DNA from: a bacterium | GTDB lineage: Bacteria > JAAXHH01 | Length of the DNA stretch: 64,000 nt | Direction: 5' to 3' | Assembly: GCA_965240335.1 (NCBI GenBank) | Contig: CBDEKM010000011.1 | Span: forward strand, 237,135-301,134 | In this document: one piece after another, positions 29,994 through 38,986 of the stretch | How positions within the stretch are numbered: the stretch's first letter is position 1 | Layout: each line of letters starts with the position of its first letter | Notes under the pieces: generated by a model | The model's input: only the letters and a program-made list of their open reading frames with translations | Databases searched by the model: none | Told to the model about the DNA's origin: nothing | Position numbers and translations under genes: made by a program

Positions 29994-31307
29994 GTGGGGA
30001 CTGATTCCGATCGCAGCATTTTGACCGTGACCGAATTGACCTCGGGGATAAAAACACTTCTCGAAGAATCATTCCCATTTCTTTCGGTCTCCGGTGAGAT
30101 CTCCAACTACAAACGGCACTCATCGGGCCATGCCTATTTCTCCCTCAAGGATGAACGCAGCCAGCTCCGTTGCGTCATGTGGCGAACAGCAAACCGGAAA
30201 CTGACCTTCGATCCCGAGGACGGCATGGAGGTCCTGGCCCAGGGTGTCCTTTCCGTCTACGAAGTGCAGGGTCAGTACCAACTCGTCACCCAGCAGCTGA
30301 AGCCCGTCGGAGCGGGTGCGCTCCAGGCAGCCTTCGAGCGGATGAAGGCGCTGCTCGAGAAAGAGGGACTGTTCCGGGAGGAACACAAGCAACCCCTGCC
30401 ATCCTTCCCCGAGCGTGTGGGGGTGGTCACCTCCGCCTCCGGCGCCGCCATTCGAGATATCATACATATCCTTCGCCGCAGGGCGCCCTGGGTATCGATC
30501 ATCCTGAGACCGGCCCCCGTACAGGGCGATGGTGCCGCGGTCGAAATCGCGAAAGCCATCGAAGAGATGAACGCGTACGGCGAGGTGGACGTGCTGATCG
30601 TCGGCCGTGGAGGCGGATCGGTCGAAGACCTTTGGGCTTTCAACGAAGAGGCGGTGGTCAGGGCTATTTTCGGATCACGGATTCCAGTGGTCTCGGCCGT
30701 GGGGCATGAAACGGACTTTACCCTGTCCGATTTCGTGGCCGACCTCCGGGCTCCCACGCCTTCGGGCGCGGCCGAAATCGTCGTTCGCGACCTGCGGGAA
30801 CTGACCGACCGGCTGGATGGATCCATGAAACGTCTGTGCGGTAGCATGTCCGCGTACCTGGACCGGAACCGTCAGCGTGTGAATACGGTGGTCGCCAGTT
30901 ACGGTTTTCGCCGGCCCATCGACCAGATTGGACAATACGCCCAGTTTACCGATGAGTTAGCCCGGCGCCTGATCGACCGGCATGTCCACGACCAGGAAAC
31001 GCGCAGCCAGCTCGTAAGCGGCCTGGCGGGCCAGTTGCAGGCGCTCAGTCCACTATCGGTCCTGGAACGTGGATACGCCGTGTGTCACAGTGCTTCCGAC
31101 GGCAGGATAGTCCGAAATACGGCAGACCTCCGGATCGACGACCGGGTGAACGTACGCTTGCACGAGGGCGAAGCGCTCTGCCGGGTGGAACATCTGCGGG
31201 GCGAGGCGCAACCTCCCGCTCATCCCGTACCGAAGAAAAACAAAAAGGAAGCGGCGCGTTCCTTCAGTCTCTTCGATGAATCCAACAACAACACCGACCG
31301 AACTTAA
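29994..31307 (+). CDS. xseA: Exodeoxyribonuclease VII large subunit
   Basis: GEISNYKRHSSGHAYFSLKD, GRGGGSVEDLWAFN, AVGHETD, RAPTPS. Confidence 0.96.
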   Translation: MGTDSDRSILTVTELTSGIKTLLEESFPFLSVSGEISNYKRHSSGHAYFSLKDERSQLRCVMWRTANRKLTFDPEDGMEVLAQGVLSVYEVQGQYQLVTQQLKPVGAGALQAAFERMKALLEKEGLFREEHKQPLPSFPERVGVVTSASGAAIRDIIHILRRRAPWVSIILRPAPVQGDGAAVEIAKAIEEMNAYGEVDVLIVGRGGGSVEDLWAFNEEAVVRAIFGSRIPVVSAVGHETDFTLSDFVADLRAPTPSGAAEIVVRDLRELTDRLDGSMKRLCGSMSAYLDRNRQRVNTVVASYGFRRPIDQIGQYAQFTDELARRLIDRHVHDQETRSQLVSGLAGQLQALSPLSVLERGYAVCHSASDGRIVRNTADLRIDDRVNVRLHEGEALCRVEHLRGEAQPPAHPVPKKNKKEAARSFSLFDESNNNTDRT

Positions 31308-31315
31308 TTACAGGG

Positions 31316-31591
31316 ATGACCGCGATGAATGAGCAGGAAGGACCGACTTTCGAGGATGCGTTGAAGCGTCTGGAAAGCATTGTCGAACGCATGGAAAAGG
31401 GCGATCTGCCACTGGATGAATCGCTTGCGCTGTTCCAGGAAGGTATCGAACTTTCCCGGATCTGCACGCGCCAGTTGAGCGCGGCGGACGAACACGTGCG
31501 GAAACTGGTCCGGGTGGAAAACGGCCGGTTCGTGATCGAACCGCTCGAACAGGAGACACCTGCCGGGCAGGACGACGATCTGACATTCTGA
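31316..31591 (+). CDS. xseB: Exodeoxyribonuclease VII small subunit
   Basis: FEDALKRLESIVERME.GDLPLDESLALFQEG. Confidence 0.94.
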   Translation: MTAMNEQEGPTFEDALKRLESIVERMEKGDLPLDESLALFQEGIELSRICTRQLSAADEHVRKLVRVENGRFVIEPLEQETPAGQDDDLTF

Positions 31592-31628
31592 CTGCGGTGT
31601 GCCCCGTGCCCGAACCCCGGTTTCCTAC

Positions 31629-32726
31629 ATGACTACCACTACCGAAAACCTGACATTCATGGAAGCGCTGGCCGTGCGCAAGGAATGGTTGCACGAATAC
31701 CTGGCGCGGGACCACCGCAAAGCGCTTTTCATTCCCCGGGACATCCACGACGGGGTGTTCAGCTACCTCCGCGCATCGGGAAAAGTTCTGCGTCCCTGCG
31801 TATTGTATTTTTCCTGCGGCGCAGTCGGCGGGGAGGAATCGATGGCGACGCCCGCGGCCGTGGCGATTGAACTGTTTCACACCTGGACCATCGTCCATGA
31901 CGATATCATGGACCGCGATACGCTGCGGCGCGGGTCGCGCACCGTGCACGAGGAGTTTCGGCAACGGGCCCTGGCCACGAAGGACTTCGATGAAACGGAA
32001 GCCTATCATTACGGACTGTCCATCGGGATCATGACGGGCGAAGTGCAGCACGGATGGGCGACCTCGCTCCTGTCCGAACTGTACGACGCGGACGCGGACA
32101 ACGGCGAGATGGTGATCGAATTGATCCGGTATCTGGAAACGGACGTCCTGCTGGCCCTCGTCGGTGGACAGGCGCTGGACATCCAGTATGCCAAGGCACC
32201 CATGGACAGCCTGGACGAAGAAGACGTGATCGGCATGTTCTGGCGCAAAACCGGCGCGCTCTACCAGTTCGCAGGCGCCGCCGGCGCGATGATCGGCCTG
32301 AATACGCCGGACCGAACCCATCCCATGGTACGGGCGATTTCTTCCTTTACAGGCGAATGCGGCGTGGCCTTTCAGCTTCAGGACGACATTCTGGGTCTCA
32401 CGGCCGACGAGGCCACCCTTGGAAAACCGGTGTGCTCCGACCTCCGGGAAGGGAAACGTACCCTGCTGCTCGTTCACACTTACCAGAAGGCTTCGACCGC
32501 CGAAAGGCGGTTTATACTCGATGTCGTCGGAAAACAGGGAGCAACCGACGAACAGATTGGAGAGGTGCGTGATCTTATCCTGACGCACGGCGGATTCGAC
32601 TACGCCCGTTCGCTCATGGAACAACGCGTGGCCGATGCCATTCGAAATCTCGACGCCATTCCCGACTCTTCATATAAGGGATACCTGATCAACTGGGCGG
32701 ATTACATGATTGGAAGGTCGTTCTGA
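31629..32726 (+). CDS. Short-chain trans-prenyl diphosphate synthase (type I GGPP synthase-like)
   Basis: GKVLRP, first DDxxD motif HTWTIVHDDIMD..RRG, KTG, second motif FQLQDDILG, DLREGK. Confidence 0.88.
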   Translation: MTTTTENLTFMEALAVRKEWLHEYLARDHRKALFIPRDIHDGVFSYLRASGKVLRPCVLYFSCGAVGGEESMATPAAVAIELFHTWTIVHDDIMDRDTLRRGSRTVHEEFRQRALATKDFDETEAYHYGLSIGIMTGEVQHGWATSLLSELYDADADNGEMVIELIRYLETDVLLALVGGQALDIQYAKAPMDSLDEEDVIGMFWRKTGALYQFAGAAGAMIGLNTPDRTHPMVRAISSFTGECGVAFQLQDDILGLTADEATLGKPVCSDLREGKRTLLLVHTYQKASTAERRFILDVVGKQGATDEQIGEVRDLILTHGGFDYARSLMEQRVADAIRNLDAIPDSSYKGYLINWADYMIGRSF

Positions 32727-33613
32727 TGAATCGCGTAGGCATCATCGCGAATCCCGCCCGGCCCGTGGTCCGCCGGCTGATACCGGAACTCGTGCGGTTT
32801 CTATCGTCGCGGTCAGGAAAATCATCGCTTTCGTCTGAACTGGCGGAAACGGTCACGGATGACGCGTCTCTCCGTGATAGCCTTGTTGTGTCAACGGATG
32901 AACAGGTAGTCCAGGACGTCGACTGGGTCATCGCGATCGGCGGGGACGGTACCCTGCTCAAATCCGCGCGCCTGGTGGGATCGTCGGGCATACCCATCCT
33001 GGGGGTAAACTCGGGTAAACTCGGGTTCATGATGCAGACGACGCCTGATGAACTGGACGTGGCGCTCGAGCGGATCTTCGAAGGCGAATACACACTGGAC
33101 AGCAGACTGGTCCTGCAGGCCCGGATAGAAAACGGATCTTCGACGGATGAAACGGTCGACGTCGGGCTTTCGGCCCTGAACGATATCGTGATCGATAAGG
33201 GATCGATCTGCCGGGTCATCGACCTGGGTATTTACATCAACGACGAATTCGTCAACGACGTAATGGCCGACGGGCTGATCGTCTCCACCCCGACCGGTTC
33301 CACGGCATATTCACTGGCGGCTGGCGGGCCGATCCTCGCGCCCGACATGGAGGCGATCGTCGTCTCGCCGATCTGTCCACACACCCTGTCCAACCGATCC
33401 ATGGTCATCGCCGCGCGGGACCGCGTACGGATCGAGGTTCGGGCCGACCATCCCGATCTGCTCCTCACCGTGGACGGCCAGGAAAATGTGGCCATACAGC
33501 CGGGAATCAGCATTGAGCTTTGCCGGGCGGACCACACCATCCAGCTGATCCGGTTCTCGGACGGTTCATTTTACGATGTGCTGCGCAGAAAACTGAAATG
33601 GGGTGAACGCTGA
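32726..33613 (+). CDS. nadK: NAD kinase
   Basis: GGDGT, LNDIV, ADGLIVSTPTGSTAYSLAAGGP. Confidence 0.96.
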   Translation: MNRVGIIANPARPVVRRLIPELVRFLSSRSGKSSLSSELAETVTDDASLRDSLVVSTDEQVVQDVDWVIAIGGDGTLLKSARLVGSSGIPILGVNSGKLGFMMQTTPDELDVALERIFEGEYTLDSRLVLQARIENGSSTDETVDVGLSALNDIVIDKGSICRVIDLGIYINDEFVNDVMADGLIVSTPTGSTAYSLAAGGPILAPDMEAIVVSPICPHTLSNRSMVIAARDRVRIEVRADHPDLLLTVDGQENVAIQPGISIELCRADHTIQLIRFSDGSFYDVLRRKLKWGER

Positions 33614-33656
33614 TCCATCCCGGAACCAGCTGGCCCCGCCAATCCAATTCCGGCCT

Positions 33657-35366
33657 ATGCTCGCGAACCTGAGAGTAAGAAATTACGCGCTGCTGGACGA
33701 GGTGAACATCGAATTCACCCCGGGTTTGAACGTGCTCACGGGTGAAACCGGTTCCGGCAAATCCATCCTGATCGGCGCGCTGGGTCTCATTCTCGGCGAA
33801 CGGGCCACGTCGGATGCTATACGAACCGGCGAGCAAGCGGCGACGATCGAAGGACTGTTCGAATGGGAAAGCGACGCACCGGTTCAGGCCCTGCTGACAG
33901 AAATTGGTGTCGACCCGGAAGACCGGACCTTGATCGTCCGGCGGGAGGTCAACCGCGACGGCCGCAGCAGGTGCACCATCAACGGAAACCTGGTCACGGT
34001 TTCCGTCCTCAAGAAACTGGGCGTCCTGCTGGTGGACCTGCACGGACAACACGACCACCAGTCTTTGTTGAATCCGCGGACCCACCAGGATTTTCTGGAC
34101 GGATTCGAGGATCTCGAAGAACCGAAACAGCTCGTTGCCGAGGCCTATCTGCGTTTCGAGGAAAGGTCTGAAGCGCTGAGGAAACTGGACAGCGAACTCG
34201 CCGCCACCCGGGAGCGGGAAGACCTGTACCGTTTTCAACTGGAGGAACTCGACCGGGCGGAATTTACCCCCGGGGAAGACGAAGAACTGGAAAGGGAACG
34301 GGCCGTCCTGGATCACGCCGAGCAACTGATCCGGGTAGCATCGGACGCTTTCGAGACGCTCTCCGAGGGGGACAATGCAATCGTCGACGGACTGGTCAGG
34401 GTCCTCCGCGCGCTCGAGGAATCGGAGCGTATCGATCCTACGCTGGGCGAAGCCCTCGAGGGTATCCGGAGTGCGAGATACCAGCTGGACGACTGTGCCG
34501 GCTTCCTGCAGAAGTACCGGGACCGCATCGAATACGACCCGGCACGCCTTGAGGAAGTGCTCGACCGCCTGGATCTCATCGGACGGCTCAAGCGAAAATA
34601 CGGCGATACGCTTGAGGAGGTGGCGGCCTACCGTGACCGGATTGCGGAAGAACTCGGACGGATGGACACGGTCGACGAACGGAGGGACCGCTTTCGCAAC
34701 GAGGTGGAGACGGCCCGGCAGGCGTTGACTGAGCAGGCAACGACCCTATCGGCCCGGCGCAGGGAGGTAGCGCGCGGACTGGAGAAAAGGGTAGTGGAGG
34801 AGTTGGCCGAACTCGGCATGGGGAAGACGGGGTTCCAGGTCAGCATAGCATGGCAGGAGTCCGACGACGGTCCGTTGCGTATCGACGGCCGTACCTTCCG
34901 CGTGGACGTCCATGGGATGGACCGGATCGAATTCATGATTTCGCCCAATGCCGGAGAAGCGCTCAAACCGCTGGTCAACATCGCGTCCGGTGGGGAAATC
35001 TCCCGGATCATGCTGGCTCTGAAGGTGATTCTGGCCGAATCGGACCGTATGCCTACGCTTGTATTCGACGAACTGGACATCGGCATCGGCGGCCGCATCG
35101 CCGAATCGGTGGGACACCGGCTGAAACTGCTTTCAAGGGAACACCAGGTGCTTTGTATTACCCATCTCCACCAGGTGGCCTGCTGGGGCCGGACGCACTT
35201 TACCGTGCACAAGCAGTCGAACCGGGGAAGATCCGTGACGCTGGTGGATCATCTGGACGAAGACGGCAGGATTCAGGAGATCGCGCGCATGCTGGCTGGA
35301 GAAACAGTTGATACAATGGCCCTCAACCATGCCCGCGAGATGCTCCGGCGCACGGCGGCCGTGTGA
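33657..35366 (+). CDS. recN: DNA repair protein RecN
   Basis: LTGETGSGKS, HGQHDHQ, ASGGEISRIML, FDELDIGIGG. Confidence 0.96.
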   Translation: MLANLRVRNYALLDEVNIEFTPGLNVLTGETGSGKSILIGALGLILGERATSDAIRTGEQAATIEGLFEWESDAPVQALLTEIGVDPEDRTLIVRREVNRDGRSRCTINGNLVTVSVLKKLGVLLVDLHGQHDHQSLLNPRTHQDFLDGFEDLEEPKQLVAEAYLRFEERSEALRKLDSELAATREREDLYRFQLEELDRAEFTPGEDEELERERAVLDHAEQLIRVASDAFETLSEGDNAIVDGLVRVLRALEESERIDPTLGEALEGIRSARYQLDDCAGFLQKYRDRIEYDPARLEEVLDRLDLIGRLKRKYGDTLEEVAAYRDRIAEELGRMDTVDERRDRFRNEVETARQALTEQATTLSARRREVARGLEKRVVEELAELGMGKTGFQVSIAWQESDDGPLRIDGRTFRVDVHGMDRIEFMISPNAGEALKPLVNIASGGEISRIMLALKVILAESDRMPTLVFDELDIGIGGRIAESVGHRLKLLSREHQVLCITHLHQVACWGRTHFTVHKQSNRGRSVTLVDHLDEDGRIQEIARMLAGETVDTMALNHAREMLRRTAAV

Positions 35367-36052
35367 GTAAGGAACAGGACAGCGAAATGAATCCGAATAT
35401 CGTGCCGGATGAAAGGGCGGGACGGTTCTGGTCGCCGCCCAACATGCTGTCGCTTTCCCGCATCGTCACCGTCCCCTTCATTTACTGGGGATTCGCCCGT
35501 GATTCGTACCTGGTCATTTCGGTCCTGCTCGGCTGGGCATTGCTGACCGACGCGGCCGATGGATACCTGGCACGCCGATTCGACTGGCGCACCAAATGGG
35601 GACTCGTCCTCGATCCGCTGGCCGATAAGATACTGGTTGGCAGCCTGGCGGTTTTCCTGGTTCACTTTCGTGAATTCCCCCTGTGGGCGGCGGCGCTGAT
35701 CATTGCGCGCGACCTGTCCATTCTGGGCGTGGGTGTATATCTCTATCTCAAACCGGGCGGTGTGGTTCTGCCGGCCGACCGGATCGGCAAGCTGACCACC
35801 CTGGTCATGGGAGGTACGCTCGTCCTGTACTCCCTCGATCTGCAGCCCTACGGAGAATGGGTGTTGTGGGCGGCGATCTGCTGCGTCATCGGCTCGGGAA
35901 TCCATTACGCCGCAGGGTTCGCGCGGGCGAACCGGGTGCAGGCCGGCGGGTCCACCGATGATGCCCGCGGCGGCACGGGACCGATGGAAGCCGCCGGCGG
36001 AGTCGAACCGGTGGAAGGCTCCGATCCCCCGCCAGGTGGCAGGATTCCATGA
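35363..36052 (+). CDS. CDP-alcohol phosphatidyltransferase (PgsA-like)
   Basis: PNMLSLSR, TDAADGYLAR...GLVLDPLADK signature. Confidence 0.88.
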   Translation: MSKEQDSEMNPNIVPDERAGRFWSPPNMLSLSRIVTVPFIYWGFARDSYLVISVLLGWALLTDAADGYLARRFDWRTKWGLVLDPLADKILVGSLAVFLVHFREFPLWAAALIIARDLSILGVGVYLYLKPGGVVLPADRIGKLTTLVMGGTLVLYSLDLQPYGEWVLWAAICCVIGSGIHYAAGFARANRVQAGGSTDDARGGTGPMEAAGGVEPVEGSDPPPGGRIP

Positions 36053-36993
36053 ATCGCGGAACTTCGAAATGGGCGGCTACCGGTTGGCATCAGCTGTATT
36101 TCGAGCGGCCGGAGGACTGGAGTATCGGCGCGGTAACGGGAGATTTTTCGACGGGCTACCTGCGGCTCGACGACATGGAAATGCCCCGCTTCGAACTGAG
36201 GTGGGAGCGTACCCGGGGCCGGGAGCCGGTCGACCAGGTCGTGGCGAGGTACCTGAAGAACCTGGCCGGCAAGGGAGGAAAGAAAGCGCCGCCGGTCAAG
36301 GTGCGGAGGGACCTGGATCTCATCAAAAACGAGTCCATTCTGCAGGACAGAACGGTGGAAGGGTTCCACTGGCGCACGGAAGGGAGGGATCCCCTGCAGG
36401 CCTACGGTTGTCTGTGGATGTGCGAAACCTGCAGGCGGACGATTTTCGCCCAGGTACTCGGTCGCGGGGGAGAATCGCTGATGACCCTGGCCTCGAAGCT
36501 CCTGAACACCCTGGATGACCACGCCCGCGATGAAAAAGCCGTTTGGGCCGTTTACGGGATGAAAATCGAGATACCCGCCGCCTATGTGCTGAAGCATCAT
36601 TCGTTCCTTACGGGCCGGATCGAGTTGACATTTGAAAGCGGCGGTGCCAGATTGGAACTGGTGAGGATGAGCCTTGCCGAAATGCATCTCGAGAACCGAA
36701 CGTTCGAGGACTGGTTCCAGAATACCTATGGCCAGGAGATCGAGAACTGGTCCGATTTCCGCGGTACGCCCTCCGGCCACCCGGGTATCCTCGGCACGGG
36801 CGAGGGCGTGGATCCCGAGACGGTGCACAGCCGGATGGCCTGGCTGCCCTGGCGTCAACCGAGAAAAAAACCATTGAGTTGTTGCAGCTGGCATTGTATC
36901 GATGGCAATAAGCTCTATGTGCTTCGCCACATGGACGCGACGCACCAGTCCGACTTACTGGGTGAGATCGCAGTCAAGGTGATGTGTCACTGA
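36049..36993 (+). CDS. Uncharacterised soluble protein with an apparent internal duplication
   Basis: 314-aa ORF overlapping pgsA by ATGA; the two halves begin WHQLYFERPEDW and VYGMKIEIPAAY. Confidence 0.75.
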   Translation: MNRGTSKWAATGWHQLYFERPEDWSIGAVTGDFSTGYLRLDDMEMPRFELRWERTRGREPVDQVVARYLKNLAGKGGKKAPPVKVRRDLDLIKNESILQDRTVEGFHWRTEGRDPLQAYGCLWMCETCRRTIFAQVLGRGGESLMTLASKLLNTLDDHARDEKAVWAVYGMKIEIPAAYVLKHHSFLTGRIELTFESGGARLELVRMSLAEMHLENRTFEDWFQNTYGQEIENWSDFRGTPSGHPGILGTGEGVDPETVHSRMAWLPWRQPRKKPLSCCSWHCIDGNKLYVLRHMDATHQSDLLGEIAVKVMCH

Positions 36994-37052
36994 AATACGA
37001 GACGGGTACGACCTTTCCAGTCGGCGGGAACGGAACCCTCGGGTAATAAGTC

Positions 37053-37448
37053 ATGTCGCTCTTTCGAAAGAAATCGCCCCAGCTGCCGAGAAAGGATCTG
37101 CTTCGTTCCAAGCCGGTGCGCAACGGAAGACTGACCTGTGAAGAAAACTCCGACGGGGAAATCGTACTGGGCATTCCCAGGCGGAAGACCTGGTGGATCA
37201 ACACGATGTCCAGGGTGTTCTACGTTCCGAGCCGGCGCACGGTAGTGCTGGACAAGATCGGTTCATTCCTCTGGGGACTCTGCGACGGGCAGAATACGGT
37301 GGATCACGTTATAGCGACGATCCGGAACGAGTATAAGCTGGAACGTAAGGAAGCAGAAATTTCCACGCTGACCTATTTGAAACAGCTCACGGAAAAAGGA
37401 TTGATCGGACTGGCCGTAGCAACCAGAAAAGGAGAAAAGAGCGCATGA
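37053..37448 (+). CDS. Stand-alone PqqD-family protein (RiPP recognition element fold)
   Basis: LDKIGSFLWGLCDGQNTVDHVIATIRNEY...LKQLTEKGLI fits the PqqD winged-helix consensus. Confidence 0.82.
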   Translation: MSLFRKKSPQLPRKDLLRSKPVRNGRLTCEENSDGEIVLGIPRRKTWWINTMSRVFYVPSRRTVVLDKIGSFLWGLCDGQNTVDHVIATIRNEYKLERKEAEISTLTYLKQLTEKGLIGLAVATRKGEKSA

Positions 37449-38107
37449 CGACAGAATCGGTCGCGACGGCAAGTACGACGGAGAAACAGATATCTCTGCC
37501 TCTTTCCAAGGCGATCGAGATCAGTTTCCGCAGCCTGAGAATCAGGTTCTGGCGGTCGCTGATCACGATCGGCGGGATCTTCTTCGGCATCGCCTTCCTC
37601 ATGTCCATCCTGACCGGCGCGTCCATCAACGAAGCGCTCGTGGAAAACGGGTCCGCGCAGGTCCGTGCGATGCTGGAACAGAAGGGAGCGGACGGCGATT
37701 CTGCCACGCAACAGATATGGCTCGTTTCCCTCTCCCTGCTGGTCTGCGTCGTCGGGATCACCAATGCCATGTTGATGTCGGTAACCGAAAGGTACCGTGA
37801 AATCGGGACCATGAAATGCCTTGGGGCTCTGGACAAGTTCATCATTCAGTTGTTCGTGCTCGAGTCCACCTTCCAGGGGTTGGTGGGATCGGTGGGCGGG
37901 GTCATACTGGGCTGCCTGTTCATGCTGGTTTCCATGATGATTTCCTATGGATGGGATCCCCTGATGCTTTTTCCGCTGTTGGAAATAGCGCGAAGCGGTC
38001 TGTATTCGCTGGGGGCCGGACTGGGTCTTGCCATCATCGGGGCGCTGTATCCCGCGTACCGGGCGTCCAAGATGCCGCCGGCCGACGCCATGCGCACGGA
38101 AGTTTGA
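37445..38107 (+). CDS. FtsX/MacB-like ABC permease with a very short extracytoplasmic loop
   Basis: GITNAMLMSVTERYREIGTMKCLGA, LYPAYRASKMPPADAMR. Confidence 0.85.
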   Translation: MTTESVATASTTEKQISLPLSKAIEISFRSLRIRFWRSLITIGGIFFGIAFLMSILTGASINEALVENGSAQVRAMLEQKGADGDSATQQIWLVSLSLLVCVVGITNAMLMSVTERYREIGTMKCLGALDKFIIQLFVLESTFQGLVGSVGGVILGCLFMLVSMMISYGWDPLMLFPLLEIARSGLYSLGAGLGLAIIGALYPAYRASKMPPADAMRTEV

Positions 38108-38177
38108 TTCGGATTTACACCTGGAACACCATGCTGGAGAGACCGGAATCGAAACGGTAATGTGAAAGGGGCAGGAT

Positions 38178-38954
38178 ATGTCAGAGGAACAGACCGCGGT
38201 AATGGACGCGCCGGAAATCGAAACGCAGAATATCGTTCGTACACGCGGAGTCAAGAGAGTGTACCAGATGGGCAAACTTTCACTGGAAGCGCTCAAGGGG
38301 ATAGACATGGAGGTGCAGCGCGGGGAATACATCTCCATCATGGGTCCTTCCGGTTCGGGGAAATCGACCCTGTTCAACATGATCGGCGCGCTGGACAAGC
38401 CCACGGAAGGCAAGGTCTACATCGACGAGGTCGACGTCGCCCAGCTGGACGCCTACGAACTGGCCTGGCTGCGGTGCCGGAAGATCGGCTACATCTTCCA
38501 GACCTTCAACCTGATTCCGGTCATGACCGCCCTGGAGAACGTGACCCTGCCGATGATTTTCGCCGGACTGGCGACGGATGAAGCTATCGACAAGGCCGTC
38601 GCTCTGCTTACGCTGGTGGGTCTCGGGGAGCGCGTGCAGCACAAGCCCCTCGAATTGTCCGGCGGTCAGCAGCAGCGTGTTGCCGTCGCCCGTGCACTGG
38701 CCAACGATCCGGCCATAGTCCTCGCCGATGAACCCACGGGTAACCTGGACCGGAAAACGGGACGCGAGATCATTGAACTGTTAAGAGAGTTGAACCAGGA
38801 GAAGCAGGTGACGATCATTTCCGCGACCCACGATCTGAAGATGCTGGACGTATCAGACCGTATCCTGTGGGTGCAGGATGGCAGGATCACCAAAAACCAG
38901 CGGCGCGATGAACTGGACCTGGACCTGGGACAGATTGGCGTAGAGGAAGAATAG
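38178..38954 (+). CDS. ABC ATP-binding protein (LolD/MacB-type)
   Basis: GPSGSGKS, LSGGQQQRVAVARAL, LADEPTGNLD, ATHD. Confidence 0.93.
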   Translation: MSEEQTAVMDAPEIETQNIVRTRGVKRVYQMGKLSLEALKGIDMEVQRGEYISIMGPSGSGKSTLFNMIGALDKPTEGKVYIDEVDVAQLDAYELAWLRCRKIGYIFQTFNLIPVMTALENVTLPMIFAGLATDEAIDKAVALLTLVGLGERVQHKPLELSGGQQQRVAVARALANDPAIVLADEPTGNLDRKTGREIIELLRELNQEKQVTIISATHDLKMLDVSDRILWVQDGRITKNQRRDELDLDLGQIGVEEE

Positions 38955-38986
38955 GCTGGTTTTCAGGTAGCGTAATCTTCGGGCGT

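Noticed and set aside
38131-38160. Tiny ORF MLERPESKR as a RiPP precursor for the RRE
   Set aside because: Only 9 codons, with no SD and no leader-like motif
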